Origin: Balanoglossus misakiensis
Taxonomy: Eukaryota; Animalia; Hemichordata
DNA length: 64,000 nucleotides
Assembly: GCA_040954595.2 (NCBI GenBank)
Contig: CM082598.2
Location: forward strand, 6,835,097 to 6,899,096
Direction: 5' to 3'
A program made the position numbers and the translations under genes. Every line of letters starts with the position of its first letter. The stretch's first letter is position 1. The notes beneath the pieces were generated by a model. The model saw nothing but the letters and a program-made list of their open reading frames with translations, was not told where the DNA came from and did not search any database. Shown here one piece after another: positions 11,855 through 24,700 of the stretch.

Positions 11855-13813
11855 GTGAAAATGAGCCCGGGAGCCCCTGGGAGGTGCGTGCGTGACGTCA
11901 TTGGCGATGCTGATGAGAATGATAGTGAGGAGGAGGATGAAGAAATGTGGGATGAAGTACTTGCATGGGCAAGAGAAGTCGAAATGACAGGATGTCCCAA
12001 TAATATACGAGAACACGGAGCAAGTTCTGGAGTAGATCAGCCAAACACTTGTATCCGTGACTTCACTCTGGAAGAGGCCCTGCCAATACTAGAAAACCAT
12101 GATGAATACTTTGCTTCTCTGCCACTTCATTTCCAAGTCAAGTCCTTTCTCTAATCTCTGAAAGATACTTCAGTGTTTTCGCTCAAGCCACATACCACAG
12201 CATAGCAGGTTAACACAATCTTGGAGGAACTCGCATCCCAAGACAAAATGAGAGAGACAACCCACTTCATAGAAAAACAGTGGACAACTATCTACCGCAT
12301 CCTCAAAGCCAACTGTAAAGCTACTCCAGGAACTGTAGGAAGTCATGACCGTAAATCTTTCACAGCACATTTTAAACACCTACACAATTACCCATTCTCG
12401 CAAGCCAGAGCCGACCGTGTTTCCGCTCCGCGGAGCTACGCAAAAAACGGGCTCTGGCAGATTACAGTAGGGAACCCCGGAATTTAGGACGTAGACTAAT
12501 GAATTATTCATGAGAAACGACATTGGAATTAGCCAATCAGTAGTCGTTTTATCGCGAGCTCTTCGGCTGCTGTCAGCTTTAAATCCGCCATTTTGCACTG
12601 TCATTTAAATAAGTTATGCAGTTTTATGAGACGGGCTCTCTGATTGGTTCCTTTGTCTGGCTGCTGGAACTGACGCTGGGATCCGCGAAAACCTTCCAAA
12701 TCCACCACGGCCTGTTGGCGGTAGCGCGTAGCAGTTGCCGTAAACAGGTCGTGGTTTTACGACGATGCAATTACCTGACTGGTAATGCTGTTATGCAGTC
12801 ATTTCAGAATTTATGTGGCATTCCACTGTCATCCATCCATACAGAGTGTATGTCCACCGTACTTCTTGGCATGAACAAGCTAATTATCCAAGAAGTTACA
12901 GATATTGCCAGAGCACAGTGGTCCCCAGGAGTGAATGATAATAGAGAGATACAGGATTCAGGGAAAGCCAAGGTTCGCTATGTTGAGGATGGGCTGTAAC
13001 AAAGTGCCTCTATAAATACCGCAGGTATCTCTTGTCATACAGTTCCTCTCTTGTGCCCACAGTCCGCCAGCAGTTACAGAGACATTACCAGAAAAAAGAC
13101 TTAGTTGAAAGTCTTGTCTAGTCTTCACAGTATGTTCACGAACATTCCCAGCACAGACAGACATTATCAGTAACTGACTTCAAACAGTATGCATGTGGTG
13201 GGCTTCTCCACATCAGTGACTCTGCGTACAGTTTATTTTTAACATTGGAGAAAGAGAGAGCGTCACAGTAATTTCCAGAACCACAAATCAGACCTGATTA
13301 ACTGGGCTAAAGAGTGTCTACTGAAGAATAGCTGTGTACGTGATCTATTCTCAGGTTTATTTGATCCAGTTGAAGAGGCGAAGGACTGTGCTAGATATAT
13401 GAAGTCAGTTATGGGAGAAGTGTATTCTGATATTCTTCATCTCTATGTGAAGATGGGAGCAGGCTTGTTTCTGAGAGACCAGAAGTGCTACAAGCAGCTA
13501 AAGAAGACTGAAGCACACAGAAAGAAGGTAATGCAACGAGAGCATAAAGCAACGGAGAAGAATGCCAAGGTGGCCCTGGAAGTGATCAAGACAGACATCA
13601 GTGACGGGAAACATACCTCACACTCATTGATCAGAGCCAGAGTGATAGAAAACCCACAGTATTCGACTGTACACCAAAGATGAATTAAAGACTTTGTTTG
13701 GATTGTATAACCTAAGATACATTCAAAGCTACAGTAAGAGTAAACTAAATGATATTCTGGTAAAAAAAATAAGGGATTGTGACAGATTTCCTAGACATGA
13801 AAGACTGAATTGA
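11855..13813 (+). pseudogene. Decayed transposon accessory ORF with P-transposase C-terminal-like motifs, interrupted by a MITE
   Basis: Fragments 11855.., 12221.., 12776.. and 13399.. join across frameshifts: KVRYV(x)GWAVTK...CGGLLHISDSAYSLFLTLE...LYVKMGAGLFLRD...KKTEAHRKKV, with stop at 13811-13813. Removing the MITE and one TSD restores HLHNYLTGNAVMQ in frame. Confidence 0.6.
12393..12767. mobile_element. 375-bp non-autonomous DNA transposon (MITE) with 8-bp TSD CAATTACC and subterminal hairpins
   Basis: TSD caattacc at 12385-12392 and 12768-12775. Imperfect TIRs CATTCTCG.../...CGACGATG. Left hairpin gccagagcc...ggctctggc, right hairpin accacggcctgtt...aacaggtcgtggt. Excision restores the host ORF frame. 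Confidence 0.85.
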
Positions 13814-14222
13814 ACTTTCATGCACAAATGGCCTTCATGAAATCAGACAAGTGTACAAGTTTAATTGTAAATTGAAGACTGTGTATTTACATGCTCTATT
13901 TACATAACATTTTCTTGCATTGAAATCATTTGAAACTATATTTTTGTATGAATACATTTGAAAAGACAAATTGGGTATACAAATAATGAATTCTTATATA
14001 GAAAACATACTACTCATGTCATATTGTGCTATTATTAAATATATATCCAAGATTTCATTTACAAGTCAGTCATCTCTGCTCAATGTTCATTTACATTATC
14101 TATATAAGGGACTTGGTTTGTATTTTATGTATCAGATCTGTACAAATCTCAGGTGGTGCTTTCAAAGTTTGTTAAGAAAACAAACCAAAATGCTTCAGAT
14201 TTTTATGAACTTTTCAGTGACT

Positions 14223-15630
14223 TTACTCATCAACATCACTGTGTTTCCTCTTACCATTAAGAGCAATTGGCTTAAAGAGGGGCATGGAGTCCAAATTACC
14301 AGTGTTGCTTTTCTTTGTCATTGTGGTTTGTCCTAAACATATGGCATTAATTCCTGAACCATACTGTGCATACTGGGGATTTGCGTTTTGTCCATTTTTG
14401 CCTCGCTGTTGACAGAACACATTTTCAACCAGATTACTGTTTGTCCGGGCAGCTACAACTCCACTACCTGGATTCCTTAGGAAGCTGATTTCACAAATTT
14501 CCTTGAATCCAAAAACCATAGAATGTATATCAAACCTTGTCTGATCTGACAGTAACTTCTTATTTTTCTGAGATGCAGACTCCTGTAATGAATTCACTCT
14601 CCTTTCCCACTGCTTAAAAAAACTCTAAAATCTTATCGTTTTCTGTCAAACGTGGGTCTTGAATACAGTAATAAAGCCTCATATCTGTGAAATTTGCAAT
14701 CATTTTGCTAGTGTTCTCCAATAGCTCAACTGTGGCACTGATGTCTTTACACTCAATTTCTGATGCACCCTGTTGTACACGAAATTTCTTGAACTCCTGT
14801 AGTAAAATACAAGAAAGTCCATTGTGTTACAGCAATAAAACAGTATTTCCGATACATAAACATCTCAAATTGCAAAAATACAATGATGTCACAAATGTCA
14901 CATGTAATTGTAGGCATTTAGTATACGCATAACATATAGCATACTGGCTAAAATATTTTTATTCCTGACTTATAGAATCATGAAAAGTGACCAAGTTATT
15001 GTATTGGAAAAATGGAAAAATAATTTTACCTTCATAAGATACAACATGTCCTTGTTCAAAACTTGTTCTGCCAAGTGGTTGCGCATACGTGATGCTGGAT
15101 TCAAATCAAAATGGTTTCAACACATGGTGAAGAGGGAGGGTGTGGGTTTCTTGATCAAATTTGTATGCATCTTTCCAGTGGCGCCACAAAATCTTGCCTT
15201 CTCCATTCCATTCCAGTCCGGGTTGCCTTTGTAGCTTCGGAACTCTTTTCAATGCCATTGCGAATTTTCTTGAAGTTGTGCTGAAACAAAAATTTTATAC
15301 TGCAATTATACAACTTTCAAACTTTGGTATATGAGAATCATTGAACAAATTGTAAGTTTTGACAGACAGATCATTATTATGATAAAATAAATATAATTTT
15401 GTGTTTTGGTAATTATAATGGTCTGTGTAGTATGCCTTTGTGTAGTGTGCTAGTGTGGATCATATGTATGACAATTGAAGCGTCTTGCCATTATGCTACT
15501 TACCCAATGATCCATACAGAACATCATAGGCTCACAGGTGTAGATATTCAATGTTGTGAAATTTTCTTCAGCTGGTTCCTCATCTTTAAAATGCATTTGA
15601 ACAAATGAGCAGTTGGCTTGACCCCCACCA
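14223..15630 (-). pseudogene. P-element/THAP9-like DDE transposase remnant (three exons: 15630-15504, 15280-15030, 14796-14223), 5' half missing
   Basis: Spliced translation: GGQANCSFVQMHF...PMMFCMDHW|HNFKKIRNGIEKS...ILWRHWKDAY...HFDLNPASRMRNHLAEQVLNKDMLYLMK|EF...LLSDQTRFDI...TNSNLVENVFCQQRGKNGQNANP. This matches the P-family DxxHxxKxxRN, (K/R)MRxxxAxQV and ENxFxxxRxxxGxNxxP motifs. Canonical GT-AG sites; at least three frameshifts. Confidence 0.8.
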
Positions 15631-18600
15631 TTTTTTGATAAAAATCATGGGTTATAGCTCATGAAAATCACCCAAAAATGACAATTTTTCGACTTTGCGA
15701 AATTTCAATATTTATACATTTTTTGATAAAAAATCATGGGTTATAGCTCATCAAAATCACACAAAAATGACAATTTTTCGACTTTGCGAAATTTCAATAT
15801 TTATCCATTTTTTTGATAAAAATCATGGGTTATAGCTCATGAAAATCATCCAAAAATGACAATTTTTCGACTTAGCGAAATGACAATTTTTGGACTTTGC
15901 GAAATTTCAATATTTATCCATTTTTTGATAAAAATCATGGGTTATAGCTCATGAAAATCATCCAAAAATGACAATTGTTTCGACTTTGCGAAATTTCAAT
16001 ATTTATTCATTTTTTGATAAAAAATCATGGGTTATAGCTCATGAAAATCATCCAAAAATGACAATTTTTCGACTTTGCGAATTTTAAATATTTATCCATT
16101 TTTTGATAAAAATCATGGGTTATAGCTCATGAAAATCACCCCAAAATGACAATTTTTCGACTTTGCGAATTTTCAAAATTTCTTCATTTTTTGAAAAAAA
16201 TCATGGGCTAAAGCTCATGAACATCATCCAAAAATGACAATTTTTCGACTTTGCGAAATTTCAATATTTATCCATTTTTTGATAAAAAATCATGGGTTAT
16301 AGCTCATCAAAATCACCCAAAAATGACAATTTTTCGACTTTGCGAAATTTCAATATTTATCCATTTTTTTGATAAAAATCATGGGTTATAGCTCATGAAA
16401 ATCATCCAAAAATGACAATTTTTCGACTTTGCGAATTTTAAATATTTATTTATTTTTTGATAAAAATCATGGGTTATATAGCTCATGAAATTCACCCAAA
16501 AATGACAATTTTTCGTCTTTGCGAAATTTCAATATTTATCCATTTTTTGATAAAAAATCATGGGTTATATATATATGAAAATTACACAAAAATGACAATT
16601 CTTCGACTTTGCGAATTTTTAAAATTTCTTCATTTTTTGAAAAAATCATCAGTTATAGCTCATGAAAACTATCCAAAAATGACCATTTTTCGACTTAGCG
16701 AAATGACAATTTTTGGACTTTGAGAAATTTCAATATTTATCCATTTTTTGATAAAAATCATGGGTTATAGGCTCATGAAAATAACCCAAAAATGACAATT
16801 TTTCGACTTTGCGAATTTTCAAAATTTCTTCATTTTTTGAAAAAATCATCAGTTATAGCTCATGAAAATCATACAAAAATGACAATTTTTCGACTTTGCG
16901 AATTTTCAAAATTTCTTCATTTTTTGAAAAAATCATCAGTTATAGCTCATGAAAATCATCCAAAAATGACAATTTTTCGACTTTGCGAAATTTCAATGTT
17001 TATCCATTCGTTGAGAAAAATCATGGGTTATATATATATGAAAATCACCCAAAAATGACAATTTTTCGACTTTGCGAATTTTCAGAATTTCTTCATTTTT
17101 TGAAAAAATCATCAGTTATAGCTCATGAAAATCATCCAAAAATGACAATTTTTCGACTTTGCGAAATTTCAATATTTATCCATTTTTTGATAAAAATCAT
17201 GGGTTATAGCTCATGAAAATAACCCAAAAATGACCATTTTTCGACTTAGCGAAATGACAATTTTTGGACTTTGCGAAATTTCAATATTTATCCATTTTTT
17301 GATAAAAATCATGGGATATTGCTCATGAAAATCACCCAAAAATGACAATTTTTTGACTTTGCGAAATTTCAATATTTATCCATTTTTTGATAAAAATCAT
17401 GGGTTATAGCTCACGAAAATCATTCAAAAATGACAATTTTTCGACTTTGCGAATTTTAAATATTTATCCATTTTTTGATAAAAATCATGGGTTATAGGCT
17501 CATGAAAATAACCCAAAAATGACAATTTTTCGACTTTGCGAATTTTCAAAATTTCTTCATTTTTTGAAAAAATCATCAGTTATAGCTCATGAAAATCATT
17601 CAAAAATGACAATTTTTCGACTTTGCGAAATTTCAATATTTATCCATTTTTTGATAAAAATCATGGGTTATAGCTCATGAAAATCATCCAAAAATGACAA
17701 TTTTTCGACTTTGCGAAATTTCAATGTTTATCCATTCTTTGAGAAAAATCATGGGTTATATATATATGAAAATCACCCAAAAATGACAATTTTTCGACTT
17801 TGCGAATTTTCAAAATTTCTTCATTTTTTGAAAAAATCATCAGTTATAGCTCATGAAAATCATCCAAAAATGACAATTTTTCGACTTTGCGAAATTTCAA
17901 TATTTATCCATTTTTTGATAAAAATCATGGGTTATAGCTCATGAAAATCACCCAAAAATGACAATTTTTTGACTTTGCGAAATTTCAATATTTATCCATT
18001 TTTTGATAAAAATCATGGGTTATATATATATGAAAATCACACAAAAATGACAATTTTTCGACTTTGCGAATTTTCAAAATTTCTTCATTTTAAAAAAAAA
18101 TCATCAGTTATAGCTCATGAAAACTATCCAAAAATGACAATTTTTCGACTTTGCGAAATTTCAATATTTATCCATTTTTTGATAAAAAATCATGGGTTAT
18201 AGCTCATGAAAATCACCCAAAAATGACAATTTTTTGACTTTGCGAAATTTCAATATTTATCCATTTTTTGATAAAAATCATGGGTTATAGCTCATGAAAA
18301 TCACCCAAAAATGAAAATTTTTCGACTTTTCGAAATTTCAATGTTTATCCATTTTTTGATCAAAATCATGGGTTATAGCTCATGAAAATCACCAAAAAAT
18401 GACAATTTTTCGAATTTGCGGAATTTCAATATTTATCCATTTTTTGATAAAAATCATGGGTTATATATATATGAAAATTACACAAAAATGACAATTTTTC
18501 GACTTTGCGAATTTTCAAAATTTCTTCATTTTTTTGAAAAAATCATCAGTTATAGCTCATGAAAATCATCCAAAAATGACAATTTTTCGACTTTGCGAAA

Positions 18601-21600
18601 TTTCAATATTTATCCATTTTTTGATAAAAATCATGGGTTATATATATATGAAAATCACCCAAAAATGACAATTTTTCGACTTTGCGAAATTTCGATATTT
18701 ATCCATTTTTTGATAAAAATCATGGGTTATAGCTCATGAAAATCACCCAAAAATTAAAATTTTTCGACTTTGCGGAATTTCAATATTTATCCATTTTTTG
18801 ATAAAAATCATGGGTTATAGCTCATGAAAATAACCCAAAAATGACAATTTTTCGACTTTGCAAAATGTCAATATTTACCCATTTTTTGATAAAAATCATG
18901 GGTTATTGCTCATGAAAATCACCCAAAAATGACAATTTTTTGACTTTGCGAAATTTCAATATTTATCCATTTTTTATAAAAATCATGGGTTATAGCTCAT
19001 GAAAATCACCCAAAAATGACAATTTTTCGACTTTGCGAAATTTCAATATTTATCCATTTTTTGATAAAAATCATTGGTTATAGCTCACGAAAATCATTCA
19101 AAAATGACAATTTTTCGACTTTGCGAATTTTAAATATTTATCCATTTTTTGATAAAAATCATGGGTTATAGGCTCATGAAAATAACCCAAAAATGACAAT
19201 TTTTCGACTTTGCGAATTTTAAATATTTATTTATTTTTTGATAAAAATCATGGGTTATATAGCTCATGAAATTCACCCAAAAATGACAATTTTTCGTCTT
19301 TGCGAAATTTCAATATTTATCCATTTTTTGATAAAAATCATGGGTTATATATATATGAAAATTACACAAAAATGACAATTCTTCGACTTTGCGAATTTTC
19401 AAAATTTCTTCATTTTTTGAAAAAATCATCAGTTATAGCTCATGAAAACTATCCAAAAATGACAATTTTTCGACTTTGCGAAATTTCAATATTTATCCAT
19501 TTTTTGATAAAAATCATGGGTTATAGCTCATGAAAATCACCCAAAAATGACAATTTTTTGACTTTGCGAAATTTCAATATTTATCCATTTTTTGATAAAA
19601 ATCATGGGTTATAGCTCATGAAAATCACCCAAAAATGAAAATTTTTCGACTTTTCGAAATTTCAATGTTTATCCATTTTTTGATAAAAATCATGGGTTAT
19701 AGCTCATGAAAATCACCTAAAAAATGACAATTTTTCGACTTTGCGAAATTTCAATATTTATCCATTTTTTGATAAAAATCATGGGTTATTGCTCATGAAA
19801 ATCACCCAAAAATGACAATTTTTTGACTTTGCGAAATTTCAATATTTATCCATTTTTTATAAAAATCATGGGTTATAGCTCATGAAAATCACCCAAAAAT
19901 GACAATTTTTCGACTTTGCGAAATTTCAATATTTATCCATTTTTTGAAAAAATCAACAGTTATAGCTCATGAAAATCATCCAAAAATGACAATTTTTCGA
20001 CTTTGCGAAATTTCAATGTTTATCCATTCTTTGAGAAAAATCATGGGTTATATATATATGAAAATCACCCAAAAATGACAATTTTTCGACTTTGCGAATT
20101 TTCAAAATTTCTTCATTTTTTGAAAAAATCATCAGTTATAGCTCATGAAAATCATCCAAAAATGACAATTTTTCGACTTTGCGAAATTTCAATATTTATC
20201 CTTTTTTTGATAAAAATCATGGGTTATAGCTCATGAAAATAACCCAAAAATGACCATTTTTCGACTTAGCGAAATGACAATTTTTGGACTTTGCGAAATT
20301 TCAATATTTATCCATTTTTTGATAAAAATCATGGGTTATAGCTCATGAAAATCACCCAAAAATGACAATTTTTTGACTTTGCGAAATTTCAATATTTATC
20401 CATTTTTTGATAAAAATCATGGGTTATATATATATGAAAATCACACAAAAATGACAATTTTTCGACTTTGCTAATTTTCAAAATTTCTTCATTTTTTGAA
20501 AAAATCATCAGTTATAGCTCATGAAAACTATCCAAAAATGACAATTTTTCGACTTTGCGAAATTTCAATATTTATCCATTTTTTGATAAAAATCATGGGT
20601 TATAGCTCATGAAAATCACCCAAAAATGACAATTTTTTGGCTTTGCGAAATTTCAATATTTATCCATTTTTTGATAAAAATCATGGGTTATAGCTCATGA
20701 AAATCACCCAAAAATGAAAATTTTTCGACTTTTCGAAATTTCAATGTTTATCCATTTTTTGATCAAAATCATGGGTTATAGCTCATGAAAATCACCCAAA
20801 AATGACAATTTTTCGACTTTGCGGAATTTCAATATTTATCCATTTTTTGATAAAAATCATGGGTTATATATATATGAAAATTACACAATAATGACAATTT
20901 TTCGACTTTGCGAATTTTCAAAATTTCTTCATTTTTTTGAAAAAATCATCAGTTAAAGCTCATGAAAATCATCCAAAAATGACAATTTTTCGACTTTGCG
21001 AAATTTCAATATTTATCCATTTTTTGATAAAAATCATGGGTTATAGCTCATGAAAATCACCCAAAAATGACAATTTTTTGACTTTGCGAAATTTCAATAT
21101 TTATCCATTTTTTGATAAAAATCATGGGTTATATATATATGAAAATCACACAAAAATGACAATTTTTCGACTTTGCGAATTTTCAAAATTTCTTCATTTT
21201 TTGAAAAAATCATCAGTTATAGCTCATGAAAACTATCCAAAAATGACAATTTTTGGACTTTGCGAAATTTCAATATTTATCCATTTTTTGATAAAAATCA
21301 TGGGTTATAGCTCATGAAAATCACCCAAAAATGACAATTTTTTGACTTTGCGAAATTTCAATATTTATCCATTTTTTGATAAAAATCATGGGTTATAGCT
21401 CATGAAAATCACCCAAAAATGAAAATTTTTCGACTTTTCGAAATTTCAATGTTTATCCATTTTTTGATAAAAATCATGGGTTATAGCTCATGAAAATCAC
21501 CTAAAAATGACAATTTTTCGACTTTGCGAAATTTTAATATTTATCCATTTTTTGATAAAAATCATGGGTTATAGCTCATGAACATCACCCAAAAATGACA

Positions 21601-21759
21601 ATTTTTCGACTTTGCGGAATTTCAATATTTATCCATTTTTTGATAAAAATCATGGGTTATATATGTATATGAAAATTACACAAAAATGACAATTTTTCGA
21701 CTTTGCGAATTTTCAAAATTTCTTCTTTTTTTGAAAAAATCATCAGTTATAGCTCATGA

Positions 21760-24700
21760 AAATCATCCAAAAATGAGAATTTTTCGACTTTGCGAAATTT
21801 CAATATTTGTCCATTTTTTGATAAAATTCATGGGTTATAGCTCATGAAAATAACCCAAAAATGACCATTTTTCGACTTAGCGAAATGACAATTTTTTGAC
21901 TTTGCGAAATTTCAATATTTATCCATTTTTTGATAAAAATCATGGGTTATAGCTCATGAAAATCACCCAAAAATGACAATTTTTTGACTTTGCGAAATTT
22001 CAATATTTATCCATTTTTTGATAAAAATCATGGGTTATATATATATGAAAATCACACAAAAATGACAATTTTTCGACTTTGCGAATTTTCAAAATTTCTT
22101 CATTTTTTGAAAAAATCATCAGTTATAGCTCATGAAAACTATCCAAAAATGACAATTTTTCGACTTTGCGAAATTTCAATATTTATCCATTTTTTGATAA
22201 AAATCATGGGTTATAGCTCATGAAAATCACCCAAAAATGACAATTTTTTGGCTTTGCGAAATTTCAATATTTATCCATTTTTTGATAAAAATCATGGGTT
22301 ATAGCTCATGAAAATCACCCAAAAATGAAAATTTTTCGACTTTTCGAAATTTCAATGTTTTTCCATTTTTTGATCAAAATCATGGGTTATAGCTCATGAA
22401 AATCACCCAAAAATGACAATTTTTCGACTTTGCGGAATTTCAATATTTATCCATTTTTTGATAAAAATCATGGGTTATATATATATGAAAATTACACAAT
22501 AATGACAATTTTTCGACTTTGCGAATTTTCAAAATTTCTTCATTTTTTTGAAAAAATCATCAGTTAAAGCTCATGAAAATCATCCAAAAATGACAATTTT
22601 TCGACTTTGCGAAATTTCAATATTTATCCATTTTTTGATAAAAATCATGGGTTATAGCTCATGAAAATCACCCAAAAATGACAATTTTTTGGCTTTGCGA
22701 AATTTCAATATTTATCCATTTTTTGATAAAAATCATGGGTTATAGCTCATGAAAATCACCCAAAAATGACAATTTTTTGACTTTGCGAAATTTCAATATT
22801 TATCCATTTTTTGATAAAAATCATGGGTTATATATATATGAAAATCACACAAAAATGACAATTTTTCGACTTTGCGAATTTTCAAAATTTCTTCATTTTT
22901 TGAAAAAATCATCAGTTATAGCTCATGAAAACTATCCAAAAATGACAATTTTTGGACTTTGCGAAATTTCAATATTTATCCATTTTTTGATAAAAATCAT
23001 GGGTTATATATATATGAAAATCACACAAAAATGACAATTTTTCGACTTTGCGAATTTTCAAAATTTCTTCATTTTTTGAAAAAATCATCAGTTATAGCTC
23101 ATGAAAACTATCCAAAAATGACAATTTTTGGACTTTGCGAAATTTCAATATTTATCCATTTTTTGATAAAAATCATGGGTTATAGCTCATGAAAATCACC
23201 CAAAAATGACAATTTTTTGACTTTGCGAAATTTCAATATTTATCCATTTTTTGATAAAAATCATGGGTTATAGCTCATGAAAATCACCCAAAAATGAAAA
23301 TTTTTCGACTTTTCGAAATTTCAATGTTTATCCATTTTTTGAAAAAATCATCAGTTATAGCTCATGAAAACTATCCAAAAATGACAATTTTTCGACTTTG
23401 CGAAATTTCAATATTTATCCATTTTTTGATAAAAATCATGGGTTATAGCTCATGAAAATCACCCAAAAATGACAATTTTTTGGCTTTGCGAAATTTCAAT
23501 ATTTATCCATTTTTTGATAAAAATCATGGGTTATAGCTCATGAAAATCACCCAAAAATGAAAATTTTTCGACTTTGCGAATTTTCAAAATTTCTTCTTTT
23601 TTTGAAAAAATCATCAGTTATAGCTCATGAAAATCATCCAAAAATGAGAATTTTTCGACTTTGCGAAATTTCAATATTTGTCCATTTTTTGATAAAAATC
23701 ATGGGTTATAGCTCATGAAAATAACCCAAAAATGACCATTTTTCGACTTAGCGAAATGACAATTTTTTGACTTTGCGAAATTTCAATATTTATCCATTTT
23801 TTGATAAAAATCATGGGTTATAGCTCATGAAAATCACCCAAAAATGACAATTTTTTGACTTTGCGAAATTTCAATATTTATCCATTTTTTGATAAAAATC
23901 ATGGGTTATATATATATGAAAATCACACAAAAATGACAATTTTTCGACTTTGCGAATTTTCAAAATTTCTTCATTTTTTGAAAAAATCATCAGTTATAGC
24001 TCATGAAAACTATCCAAAAATGACAATTTTTCGACTTTGCGAAATTTCAATATTTATCCATTTTTTGATAAAAATCATGGGTTATAGCTCATGAAAATCA
24101 CCCAAAAATGACAATTTTTTGGCTTTGCGAAATTTCAATATTTATCCATTTTTTGATAAAAATCATGGGTTATAGCTCATGAAAATCACCCAAAAATGAC
24201 AATTTTTTGACTTTGCGAAATTTCAATATTTATCCATTTTTTGATAAAAATCATGGGTTATATATATATGAAAATCACACAAAAATGACAATTTTTCGAC
24301 TTTGCGAATTTTCAAAATTTCTTCATTTTTTGAAAAAATCATCAGTTATAGCTCATGAAAACTATCCAAAAATGACAATTTTTGGACTTTGCGAAATTTC
24401 AATATTTATCCATTTTTTGATAAAAATCATGGGTTACAGCTCATGAAAATCACCCAAAAATGACAATTTTTTGACTTTGCGAAATTTCAATATTTATCCA
24501 TTTTTTGATAAAAATCATGGGTTATAGCTCATGAAAATCACCCAAAAATGAAAATTTTTCGACTTTTCAAAATTTCAATGTTTATCCATTTTTTGATAAA
24601 AATCATGGGTTATAGCTCATGAAAATCACCTAAAAATGACAATTTTTCGACTTTGCGAAATTTTAATATTTATCCATTTTTTGATAAAAATCATGGGTTA

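Larger units (their letters stand above)
7953..15630. mobile_element. Decayed large P-element-like DNA transposon region (multi-ORF), truncated on the right by satellite
   Basis: P-like transposase remnant on - strand plus two similarly decayed + strand ORFs. The left boundary and the assignment of all three ORFs to one element are inferred. Confidence 0.5.
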
